Shown piece after piece: positions 1-12,283 of a DNA stretch of 64,000 bases. How positions within the stretch are numbered: the first letter of the stretch is position 1; every line of letters starts with the position of its first letter. Under the pieces are notes generated by a model. It had not been told where the DNA came from. It ran no database searches and saw nothing but the letters and a program-made list of their open reading frames with translations. The DNA comes from Antedon mediterranea. Taxonomy: Eukaryota > Animalia > Echinodermata. Both the position numbers and the translations under genes were made by a program. The stretch is from the NCBI RefSeq assembly GCF_964355755.1, contig NC_092676.1:625788-689787 (forward strand), read 5' to 3'.

Positions 1-181
1 TGTAGTAGGCCTAGCAAATTATTGAATATATAGCCATATATGTACAGTACATACAAGTGATAAGGATATCATCCCTATGAGCCCTTGCCTAAAAACCCAC
101 ATTCTTCAACAACCATGATTGAAAGTGGATTTCTTCATATCTATATTTCACCTGCTTCATTTTAGACCAACAGACAACTCA

Positions 182-3100
182 CCAAGTTAAGTGTGTCTCT
201 GATTGCACTTAGCATGTTAGTTGGTAGTGTCTTGTTAGGGTTGAAGATAAGAGGTGGTAGCAGTAGTTCACTGATTAGACCTGGTAACTGTGATTGGTGA
301 GGCTTGCTCTAAAAATAAAAATGAGCACAATTTATATTTTGTTTCATAAATTTGAGATGTAAGACACAAAGGAACAAGAGAATGAGAACATTTTAACAAT
401 TTCTTTTTCTTTTTATATTGTATATGTATGCTTCATATGGACAGTTTGTCGGAAATAAAGTTGAATTTAATTGAATGGTCTTGTCTTTTAATTACTCTAC
501 CATACCTGAACATACAACACAGGAGCACAATCTCTTACAATATAACCAATTGCTCTGTAAAGCCATTTCAGTTCCGCTTCAGCTGCGCTTGACTTCTTCA
601 ATGAAAACTGGATCAGTTTAACAAGATCACCAAATAGTTGTAGCGTCTCCTTCCGAAACTGAATCTTTTCTTGCAAGTTCTGAAAATAAAACTTGATCTT
701 TAAAAGTAAGAAACTTAGAAAATGATTAAGCTACAGACTAAACGTAAAGGAATTGTGACATACTTAAGTTTGCATTCTTACTAACCTTTGCAGAAGCAAA
801 ACGTTGTCCAAGACATCTTACAAACTGGCTGAATTCAGGCTCATTGGTATCTGGTAACTGTGCCTGCATTTTAAATACACATTTTAATTAAATAATCTTT
901 ACATTATAGTTTATAGACTTCACAGTAGGCCTATTGAGGGAAGAGTGAAATACCAATCGACAGGTTGGTGGCAGCATATTCAGTAATGGGACCAAAGAGG
1001 TACTTTATTGTTTTGTGAATAAACTAAGAATAAACAAAACAATAAAGAACAATAGCAATTTAATTGGATTAGCACACTTTAACAGCTCATGAGTTTTCCA
1101 CTCTTCCTGGCCTACTGTGATGCAATCATTTATTTTAGCCTTTTAAATTAGCCATCCAACTAGTCTGCAACAAGAAAAGTTATTAAAAGAAGACAACTTA
1201 CACGGTTTCCTAATATGGTAGTCATTGCTGGAAGCTTGTAAATAAGTCTGGTAAACTCCTGTAGTTCATCTGCATTTTGATTGGTCAATATTGAACACCT
1301 GACCCAAGCATGAATGAGGGTGGGTTGATAGGCTTCTCCGTAGTGTTTTTCTACTTTTTGCATGAGGGCAGTGTTTGGTAGAAGATGGCAAAGATAGCGC
1401 AATGAAATACTGAAAAGAAGAAACTAAATATACATAAAGTGATTGTATTAAATACATTGTCATTCTTGCACTGTATAATAATATTAAGAAATTGTTGTTT
1501 TTGGAGAAAAGGTAAAAGGTTTTAAATAAATAAAACAGATACAAACCTGAAATGTACGCTTGTGTCAGCTACACCAAAATAATTGAAAATATCCAACATT
1601 TTTTCTTGTGGTTCCGTCAAATTATCTTCCCTGTAAAACAAAACAAAAAATAATGAGTTTTTAAGCTCAGTCTACACTATCAAATATATGTGACAAAAAA
1701 ATGTGATGTGCCCAAATATGGTAGTGATATGCTCAAATATGGTAGTGATGTGCTTAAATATGGTAGAGATAAGACATCATCATGTCACTTACATGTCTGA
1801 GGCCAGCATAGTGAAACTAGCAGCAACGTCAGCAAGTAAACAATTTGGTTTAGAATTTGATGAACTTGATTTCACAAAAGAGTAAAAGTTATTCCATAAT
1901 CTTTGAATCAAATCTGAAACAACAAAAGTTAGTAATGAATAAATAAATGGTAAAATCACAATAATTTATTCAATGGATGAAGCATCAAAATGTCCTCTCT
2001 GTTACTGTAGTATATACAATGTATGAACAGAAATATCTAGCCTTTATGTATTGTACCATGCCTTGATGTCAACAATATTACCAGTACCTTTAATTTTTGC
2101 CTTTGGTACATGCTTGCCTTCTGACCGATACATTCTCTTATACACGCTTCTGCAGGAAAAAACAATTACATTTTTTTATTTATTTAATTAATAAAACATA
2201 TTATAAAATTAATAAATTTAATAAAAAAATCAATTTAAAAAAAACTTCTTTCTTATACACTATAATTAGTATACAAAAAACTTCATTTATTTTGAAAGAT
2301 AAAAACTTTAAATGCTGACCTTTGACATGCCATGAGGTTTAATGTGAACTGAAGCATGACTCGTATTTCAGATTCATTACAAGCTGGTAAAAGATGTTTG
2401 AAACCTGATCCTGTAAAAAAAAAATGGAATTATATAGCAGAGGCAAGGGAAAAGAAACAAATACTTTTCTAGGTCTAGGTTGCTTCATGTAATGTGTGTA
2501 ACAACATGCCAATACGTGACGTCACAGCAATTTATGGCAGCGATATCCTTAATCTCACGATTGTTCTGAAATCATAATGTACATCCCTAATACGTTGTTA
2601 AAATATGGTCCTCGGTCAAGTTGTCCTTTAGGAAGTGATGGCTAAAATCACCAGGAGGGAAAGGTAAAGTTTAAACAAGATACCAAGATATATTATACAG
2701 ACCTATAAGTTTTTCTTCTGATAGGGACAGATTGTCACTACTGTTATCAAACACATCTTGAGTGGAATCAGTGTACAATGTTATAAGTGTCCATATCTGG
2801 TGCCGTTCACCAATATCCATATCTGTCTGTGACAGTTCTCTGTTGAATAAAAAAATGTATATTTTAAATGAAAATTACAAAAAAAGGGAAAAATTGATAG
2901 TTCCCAAAATAGATTTGACACCATGCAATTGCAAGTGCTATTTATCAAGTTTATTTTTTAACATTTTTTTACTGTTTTTAACCTTTTGCTGTTTCATATA
3001 CATTGTTTTTTGTATGTATTTGCGTTTAACTATTTTTGTCGTGTTTTTTTAACCTTTCAACTATAATTTATGTGACAATAAATTTGAACTTGATTTAGAA

Positions 3101-6100
3101 TAGCGCCTTGAGCACTCTTGAGTGGTATGTGCGCTATAAAAATCCTGTTATTATTATTATTAATAGAATTTCTTTCATTGTTTAGTCCTAGTCCACCATT
3201 AATAGTTGATTTCAATTAGTATTTTACCTGCAAATTGTATCAAAACCTGATGAAAGTTTGTCGGCAACAAACGACATATCCACCTGCCTTTCTTGAAGCA
3301 CAAGACACAATGTAAACAAACCTACAACAGAGGAAAGTACACATTAGTTTTTTTAAACTTTGCATCACTGATAACCAAAGCAAAATCAGAGAAACATTGA
3401 CATGGTTCAGAATCAAGCTCTGGTTTATTGATATAAGACAATTTCAAGGATGAAAGGATATATAGTTTGACAAAAAAAAGTGTGATGTGCCCAAATATGG
3501 TAGTGATATGCTTAAATATGGTAGTGCTATGACATCATCATGTCCATATATGGACAGAGCTTTACCTTTGTATATGATCTGTTGCTTACTACGAGATAAT
3601 GATGAATCCATTAACAGCATATCAAGTAAATCTACCATCTTATGACTCTGAAAAATATAAAACAAGTTTGTTTCATTTTTGATGCAAATTTCATTTTTCA
3701 TATATCACACACATAAATTGAATAAAAATTAGAAGAATGATCAAACCATACCAACAAACAAGTGCCTTATGATAGGCGTTTTTATTCTAGTGAACATTGT
3801 AAGTTATTATAAAACAATTTAGTATTAATTTAAGTTGTACTTACCACATCTGTAAGATCTACTTTCTGTGCAAGAATAAGAAAAAGACTTATGAATTGAC
3901 TTAATCCATTGCTATTCAGTTCTTGCATGCTACGACTGTGAAACTTGGAGTACAACCTAAAAAAAAAATTATTTTGGTTGGTTATGATGGTTACAAAACA
4001 TATTTACGTACTTTTCCATTGAAATAACAAGATTTTTTTTTTTCGTTAATGCCTCAAATTTAAAATAAATTTCCAATTTTACTTGCCTTCCTTTAATTTG
4101 CCGCCATCCTTGTAATTTGTCTGATCCCTCCAATTTCCCAAATTGAGCAGCAATGATTCGCAAAAAAAGATGAAAACTGTTTTCAGAGTCTTGGCTAAAA
4201 AGAGAAAGATAAACTTAGTACCTGACGACCTGACCTTAATATTTTATTAACATACACTAAATTAAGTGTGAAGTAACTTGAATTTGAATAGTGCAAAAGT
4301 AATAGAAAAATTAAAGAATAAAACCAGACATTTAGTCTGATAAAATTTAAGAGCATTGACTGTGCACAATAAGTATACCACAGAAACTGGATTTTCTTTC
4401 ATATAAATCTAATAAATAAACTACAAATAAATACTTACCTTGCTGTGTGGTCAGTTGCTCTTTGTTTACATTGGTCAAACCATCCTATTGCTGATTTACT
4501 AGAATAAAAATGTACAAAAAAGTTATTTAATTTGGTTCAATAAAATAATATGTTTATCTAAGTACGTACAGTAAGTAGGTACAATATGTTCTCACAGAAA
4601 TGTCATCCATGCATTGAATCATATGACACAATTGAAATATTTCAAAATGATATTAAGTGTAGCTTACCTTAGAGATGCTAATCCATCTAGGTAACGCTCT
4701 GTCTTTAATAAAGATTGATTCTGAAAGAATATCAATGAATTGACATCAGAATTCCTTACAGATTTTGTTTGTCTGTTAGGTTTGACTGTTTGTGTTTGGT
4801 GCCCAAACATGACAGAGAGAGAGACAAATAAACACAATTTTATCTTACCATTCTCTTGTGGCTGTATTGCCATAGAGCTGCTAATATCTTTGTGTTTGGT
4901 TCCCAAACATGACAGAGAGAGAGACAAATAAACACAATTTTATCTTACCATTCTCTTGTGGCTGAATTGCCATAGAGCTGCTAATATCTTAGTGTCTGGT
5001 TGCCAAACATGACAGAGAGAGAGACAAATAAACACAATTTTATCTTACCATTCTCTTGTGGCTGTATTGCCATAGAGTTGCTAATATCTTTGTGTTTGGT
5101 TCCCAAACATGACAGAGAGAGAGACAAATAAACACAATTTTATCTTACCATTCTCTTGTGGCTGTATTGCCATAGAGTTGCTAACATCTTTGTGTTTGGT
5201 TCCCAAACAAGACAGAGAGGGAGGCAAATAAACACAATTTTATCTTGCCATTCTATTGTGGCTGTATTGCCAAAGAGTTGCTAATATCTTTGTGTTTGGT
5301 TCCCAAACATGACACAGAGAGAGAGAGACAAATAAACACAATTTTATCTTACCATTCTCTTGTGGCTGTAGTATTGCCATAGAGTTGCTAATATCTTTGT
5401 GTTTGGTTCCCAAACATGACAGAGAGAGAGACAAATAAACACAATTTTACCTTACCATTCTCTTGTATCTGTATTGCCATAGAGTTGCTAATATCTTTGT
5501 GTTTGGTTCCCAAACATGACAGAGAGAGAGACAAATAAACACAATTTTATCTTACCATTCTCTTGTGGCTGTATTGCCATAGAGTTGCTAATATTTTTGT
5601 GTTTTTTTTTTTGTTTTTGTTTTTTTATTTATTTCGGTATATAAAACATTACAAAAAGCAGAACAAGTCTGAAATTATTGTAGCACATTATATAAAAAAT
5701 TTACATTACAGATAAAAAATACAAAACAATTTACAATATGCATAAGAAAAATAAATATACTGTACAGTTTGGTTCCCAAACATGACAGAGAGAGAGACAA
5801 ATAAACACAATTTTATCTTACCATTGTCTTGTGGCTGTATTGCCATAGAGTTGCTAATATCTTTGTGTTTGGTTCCCAAACATGACAGAGAGAGAGAGAG
5901 AGAGACAAATAAACACAATTTTATCTTACCATTCTCTTGTGGCTGTATTGCCATAAACTTGCTAATATCTTAGTGTCTGGTTGCCAAACATGACAGAGAG
6001 AGAGACAGCATTGCAACTGTACACGAATACTTTCCTCATCAAAACTCAGCTCCTAAAAAAGAAATGTCATGTTTGTGTAGATTTGTTAACTAAACTGTGC

Positions 6101-9100
6101 ATTTAATATAAGAAAACATCATATGCCAGTATGGTGGTGAGAAAACATCATATGCCACTATGGTGAGAAAACATCATATGCCAGTATGGTGAGAAAACAT
6201 CATATGCCAGTATGGTGAGAAAACATCATATGCCACTATGGTGAGAAAACATCATATGCCAGTATGGTGAGAAAACATCATATGCCAGTATGGTGGTGAG
6301 AAAACATCATATGCCACTATGGTGAGAAAACATCATATGCCAGTATGGTGAGAAAACATCATATGCCAGTATGGTGAGAAAACATCATATGCCAGTATGG
6401 TGGTGAGAAAACATCATATGCCACTATGGTGAGAAAACGATGAACTTTACTTACCTGAGAAAACATCAACTTAAGAAGTTCACCTACCACTGTCCAGTTA
6501 CTTTTTATATCACTCTATATGTGATTTAAAAAAAACAAAGTGATTGGAAAACAGTCTATAATATGTCTTATTTATTAAAATGAATTTAATCATTATGTTA
6601 CATTAGACCCACAGAACACTAGAATCTTATTCACTAAAGTGGTAAGTAAAAATAAAGATTACTTACTTTATCTTTTATCAGTCCACCATTTTGATTGTAA
6701 AGTGGTGCAATATGCATTATAAGCCACCAATACAACTCTACATTGCCTGAAAGAAGTTAAAATAATGACAACATGATTACACGTTTGCAGGGTTGGACGA
6801 ATTGCACATTTCAATACTTTACACAGGTGTACATTTTTGTAGAAAGGAACAAATTATAGTACTAGTAAATGTTGACCTTTATTTTAAAAAGGTAAGATAA
6901 TGATAAAAACCTTTCTCATCCAACGATACTTTTTTCTTGAATGCTTTATGAAGCATGACCCAAAAAGCCTGAAAAAACATGACACATTTTTATGATAAAT
7001 GCACTAGTTTAAGTTTAGTTGTTTAGTTCAGTTTAACATTACAGTAAGTGCTTGATAATTTTGTTGTATTCACACTGTTCAATATCATAAATACTCACAT
7101 CTGTCTCAAACTTGTCATATCGTTGATCAAGAAACTGAATAAGTAGTATGACGAATTCTTGCAAACACGAACATGAGAAAGGTGATGAATTCTTGTAGCT
7201 CCTTCTTGATATCTAAATAGATTGAAAAACTTTAGGATAACAGTTCTTTACATTTTACACTTTTTAAATTAAAGAAGAATAACTCTTTAAAGGTATTTTT
7301 TATTTCAAGGTATACATACTGATTTAAAGCGCCCTCTTGCAACATCTATGAGGTCATCAATTAATATATTGACCTCCGTTGTTAGTAGATTGTTGACATC
7401 ATTCTCTGTGGCAAACCCTAAAAAACGAAAAACCACTAAGTTAGTTAGTTAGTATTGTAAAATAATGTAAATGGCTCTAAACTGCACATAGGATTGAAAT
7501 GACACTTTCCACATATGTATACAGAGATCCACATATCTCAGAGAAGAATACGATCTTTCCCTAAGGATTTATAAACATGAAAATAAGACAATCATTTCAA
7601 GATGATGTTACCTTTTGTTTTGTTGTAGAGCAAGTGTAACACTTCTATTAGACCCCATCTGACATTTAAAATAAGATGTAAAAACAAGTGGCCAATGCTT
7701 TGCTGGAAGAACAAAATATAAAATCAATCTAGATAATGAGCATTATTCTTGAATCATAATTTACAGTAATACAATTTTTTAATTGAGAATTTTAATTCAC
7801 AGATCTGTATTAATTTATTCAGCACACATAAAGCTCTGTGCTATCAAACTAGTTTGACAAAAAAGTGTAATGTGCCCAAATATGGTAGTGATATGACATC
7901 ATCATGTCCTTATATGGGCACATCACATTTTTGTTGTCGCATAAAGTTTGATAGTGTAGAACAAGGCTTGAAATACATGGCTTGTAAATGTCAGTTTTCA
8001 ATTTAAAATTTATATAGAAACACAGCATGGATACAGGCCTCACATGTGATAAACATGTTACACTGTTTTGCAGAATTTGTCAATGTTACGGGACAAATTG
8101 TAAATACAGTACATTACCAGGAATTGGCTGAGATTAGTGGTTGTGTTTGACAGTGACCATACCTTCTTCAAACTTGATGAGATATACTGTGAGAATATAC
8201 TAGAAGGTAAGTCTGTCATTTTACCAAGGTACATTGATAAGCCTTGTATCTCAAACAATAAGGCAGTTGATAAACCACTCAGACGTTGATTGTGTCGGCA
8301 TTGTGAATTCTCATCATATTTGTAATGCCTGTAAACAACAATTGTATTCATTGATTCTATTGAATTGACAGACATTTCACTTTACACTCATAAAATAATA
8401 AGTTTTTTCCCCTTGGTGCCAGCAATCTATCCATGTTTTTTTGCAACCATTGTAAATATCCTAATATTTTTCTGTATCAAGATTAATGAAGATCTTCATT
8501 TATGTACAGTACTTTCCATTGGCAATGTATTGCACTAGTGCTGTGGGTCTATTGTTTGTGAAACATCTGTACACATTAACATCCATTGAAAATAGAAAAC
8601 CCAAATTTATTTTCTTGTCCAAACTTACCTATGGATGTATATACAATACAGACTTACCTATGGATGTATATACAATACAGACTTACCTATGGATATATAT
8701 ACAATACAGACTTACCTATGGATATATATACAATACAGACTTACCTATGGATATATATACAATACAGACTTACCTATGGATATATATACAATACAGACTT
8801 ACCTATGGATATATATACAATACAGACTTACCTATGGATATATATACAATACAGACTTACCTATGGATATATATACAATACAGACTTACCTATGGATATA
8901 TATACAATACAGACTTACCTATGGATATATAGACAATACAGACTTACCTATGGATATATAGACAATACAGACTTACCTATGGATATATATTTTCAAATAT
9001 TGTAAAAATACAATGCATGTATGTCGAAGTCTTGAAGAATCACTCGTGTCAGATTCTAATGATAAAACAAATAAAACATCTTCATTTAATTTTAATTGCG

Positions 9101-10422
9101 TAAAAAAAACCTTACTATTACCATTAAACTGTAAACATGTCACATCAATTTGATTGATATAAAATGTCTAATTCACAGTTTCTTTAACATAGACTCATTG
9201 TGTATTTCATAATTTTATAGTAATTTGGGATTTAAATGATGTTGAAATATATTTTTATAACAAATATTGTTGAAAAAATATAATAAAACCTTTTAAAGCT
9301 CTGTGAGATATCTTTTCTAAATACAACTTCAGTTTCCCCAATGTTTGCCTAAATAAAAATATAAAACATTAATTGAATTACTTCAATTGATAAACCTAGT
9401 TTTTGTGAGCAAATTGTTTAGCAAAGTATGAAAAATTGACAAGTCAAAACAATTACTTCAATTGATAAACCTAGTTTTTGTGAGCAAATTGTTTAGCAAA
9501 TTGACAAGTCAAAACAAATGAAATGAAACTAAACAAGATTTAAAATTGGTTTATCAACCAGACAAGAAAAAAAGACAAATACTTACTTTGCCAGAGAGAA
9601 AATAAGAGATTTAGAATCCAACAAGCATGTGGAAGCGACAAAATGGCTGCCAAACAGCTTCACTTTTGTGTCCTGAAACTGGTTTGGATATGGGTCCTGG
9701 CAACTCAGAATCCTACAGTATAAATCATTAAAAAATTTATTAATGATAAAAAAACCAAAGAATAAAGATTTACTGATTGTAATCACATAGATCATTAAAA
9801 AAAAAATCACTCAATCGATAGTTTAGGAATTGCAGACCAACTGAATAGAGCTAATGTCACCTACAAACTCCTCCAACTATATTATACTCTTTCACTCATT
9901 TTTTTACTTAATTATTTGAAATTTGTTTACCTGGTAAGTACTTGGTGTTGCCTTGTTGCGCAAGTTGCTTTATTTTCAATGTTGTAAGATGTATGTCCAT
10001 CAGTGCAGTCAATAAATAAATATGAAGGTTCAGTTTCTGTAAATAAAGAACTATCATTATTACCAGTACACAGTACTCTATCTATGTTAGTCTTGTGAAC
10101 ATTCTAGTCAACAAATTTTTAGTTGTGCACAATGGATTAACATGTGGGAAAGTTGAGACGCACTTCCTCACTCTATTCGGTGGATTCTAGGCTTGACGAT
10201 TACATGTCAATACGTAGTTCATAGGTCGTTGATGATGACAGTGAATGAACTTGCTTGCTATCTTTGGTAAAATATTTGGATAATGAAAGAACATTTACCT
10301 ATTGTTGCCTCATCTTGCTGCAGTAATAATGAATCATCAATTGGGTCATCATACCAATTATCCATGCAGTGTGGGGACACTGGTGGGGTCATTGACCCCT
10401 CAATGATGCCGACAGACTCCAT
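182..10422 (-). CDS. MMS22L: Protein MMS22-like (multi-exon; 3' end lies beyond the left edge)
   Basis: Frame-consistent spliced exons at approx. 10299-10422 (ATG 10422), 9931-10036, 9587-9712, 9290-9348, 8977-9055, 8163-8328, 7612-7702, 7320-7417, 7099-7212, 6910-6968, 6667-6746, 6455-6514, 5930-6052, 4668-4720, 4439-4498, 4087-4194, 3846-3956, with further exons down to ~182. Peptides RILSCQDPYPNQFQDTKVKLFG, RHTCIVFLQYLKIYIHR, FEIQGLSMYLGKMTDLPS, CCLSLCHVWQPD, WRQIKGRLYSKF and RYLCHLLPN...HAWVRC are collinear with vertebrate MMS22L as recalled (RQQCVLFLHYVKVFIFR, WKQVKGRIYSKF, RYLSHVLQN). Confidence 0.9.
1663..1790. mobile_element. MITE family A, partial copy
   Basis: AGCTCAGTCTACACTATCAAA...TGACAAAAAAATGTGATGTGCCCAAATATGGTAGTGATATG, shared with copies at 3463, 7831, 34178 and 61355. 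Confidence 0.7.
3463..3562. mobile_element. MITE family A, partial copy abutting an MMS22L splice donor
   Basis: Same core sequence; ends ...GACAGAGCT directly next to the TTAC (minus-strand GTAA) donor at ~3565. Confidence 0.7.
4790..6006 (-). repeat. Tandem array of ~100-bp exon-end + donor units (10 donor-site copies including the real exon end)
   Basis: Unit = last ~78 nt of MMS22L exon 5930-6052 + GTAAGATAAAATTGTGTTTATT. Donor-site copies at ~4843, 4943, 5043, 5143, 5243 (GT mutated to GC), 5347, 5450, 5550, 5817, 5925. Interrupted at ~5600-5766. Confidence 0.97.
6111..6438. repeat. 26/29-bp minisatellite, 12 full copies plus a partial
   Basis: Unit GAGAAAACATCATATGCCA(G/C)TATGGT; three copies carry an extra GGT. 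Confidence 0.97.
7831..7968. mobile_element. MITE family A copy
   Basis: Imperfect palindrome AAGCTCTGTGCTATCAAACT...AGTTTGATAGTGTAGAACAAGGCTT. Confidence 0.75.
8623..8990 (-). repeat. 29-bp tandem array of exon-end + donor, 13 copies
   Basis: ACTTACCTATGGA recurs every 29 nt from 8623 to 8971. On the - strand the unit is CTGTATTGTATATATATCCATAG|GTAAGT, i.e. the end of MMS22L exon 8977-9055 plus its donor. Confidence 0.97.
9376..9517. repeat. Intronic direct duplication (~65-75 bp, 2 copies)
   Basis: AATTACTTCAATTGATAAACCTAGTTTTTGTGAGCAAATTGTTTAGCAAA at ~9376 and ~9451. Confidence 0.85.
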
Positions 10423-12041
10423 CTAAATAAATGGTTACATAAAATTTATTATAATATTATATAATATTTATTATAATTTGGTTTTAATGTATTCATTTAT
10501 TATTAGGCTTTTGTATCCTACCAAAAACAAAGTGCCAAAAGAAAAGTCTTAATTAAGATGACGTTTAAATAGGCTAGAGCCTCTAGAGGTGCAAATTCAG
10601 AGAGTTCCAGATGCGCGGAAAGGCAACAGAAAAATCCAGATTTTCTTGTTGATCGGGGTTAGATGTGTAGAAGTAGAATAGAAGTGTAATCATAACAGAA
10701 ACGATGTCAAAACTATAAGAGTAACTGAGACCATCTATTGTAATTGTATGTAGAACTATACTAGCTAGGCCTAAATACTATGTAGGCCTAGCCCAATTAT
10801 TAGTATTAGGTGCCTAGCCTATACAAAAATAATTATTAATGTACAGTACAGATTTGTTTTTTGTTTTTTTTTTAAACCATATTTAGTATTATTATTATTT
10901 TATTTAAGGTAAGCATGTCAAAAAAAAAAAATTAAATCAGGCCTAGCCTAGGCTTACACAGTATAGGTCGTCTACTGTAGTGTGGTGTGCATGCAATATA
11001 AAGGGAAAGTGCGAACGAATTGACCAACCAAAACCTGATGCTACGCACTCATTCTTACTGGAGTCTCGTACGTACGTAGTCTACTGGGGCCGGGCCTACC
11101 TAACTAGCCTAGCCAGGCTAGTCAGTCAGATAAGAGTCTACTACTTTACTACAGCCTACCTGATCTCAATTTAATCTTAATAAAATATAATGTGGCTAGG
11201 ATCTGGGCCTAGCCACTTTATAAGACTATTTAGACTAAGGCCTACGTACTAATTTACTAAAGCAAAAGTGGAAATTTACATTATTATCATAATACACCGG
11301 TGTCCGCGCGATATTTTCAAAAACTAGCCTAGTATGGGAGGCAATCCCCGCCAAAAATGATCACTAGTGATAGAGAAAAATTAATGTAAAATAAAAGAGT
11401 TTTAGTTACGGTATAGGCCTATTTAGAATAATCTTTATGTTCATGACAATGCTTTGTATTAAAGCAATTAAATTACTCACCAATAAACAATATTGACTTT
11501 GTATTATTGCCGGCCATTAAAATGAAAAGCCTTTAGTTATTTCCATACCCTGGAATTTCCACTGCGACATATTAGAATTTAATAACATAAATTTAGTCAC
11601 ACCCATTAAGACTAAGGTAGGTAAATTAACAGTTTTTGCTTTGTATTATATTAATACCGGCACTTACTTACCAAAATAAACCTATTATGATATGGTAACA
11701 ACTAGGGTCCATATATACAGTAATGAAACAAACAAAACAAAAAAACGGATTCATAGGCCCACTTGTTTTAAGATAATATTTCATGGCTGCTTAAGTCTGT
11801 GGCTATTGGCTACATTAAGTTACCAAACACTGTTATCAAAACATTTTAAAGGGGCGTTCTGTATACAAATATCATTCATTACGCAATTTTAGATAAATAA
11901 TCAAATTTTCAACTACCGGTAACTCCCTAGTGAAATAATTTTTAAGCTTAGTTAATTCAGTTTAAACAACGAAGACTGAATTACAACGAAGACTGAATTA
12001 CATTTGCAGGAATATTATAATAAATATAATCGATCAGGAAC

Positions 12042-12252
12042 ATGGATGGGAACAATGAAGTAGAATATGGTGAACGACAACGACAACTGGATATTGACAT
12101 GAAGTATAAAATTGGCGTTTGCATTTATGGGTTAATTGTCATAACCCATATGATTTATGTGATGAATGCCCCTTCTTGGGCGTAAGTATGCTTTATTATG
12201 CAGATTATTAGGAACAAGAATAACAGTTTCGTTATGAAAGTGTAACTTACTC

Positions 12253-12283
<31 letters not shown>

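Noticed and set aside
4790-8990. Regularly spaced repeats resembling CRISPR arrays
   Set aside because: Units are head-to-tail with no unique spacers, there are no cas genes, and the context is a spliced eukaryotic gene.
8486-9005. Three overlapping + strand ORFs with repeating peptides
   Set aside because: Artefacts of the 29-bp array being stop-free on that strand; the real gene is on the - strand.
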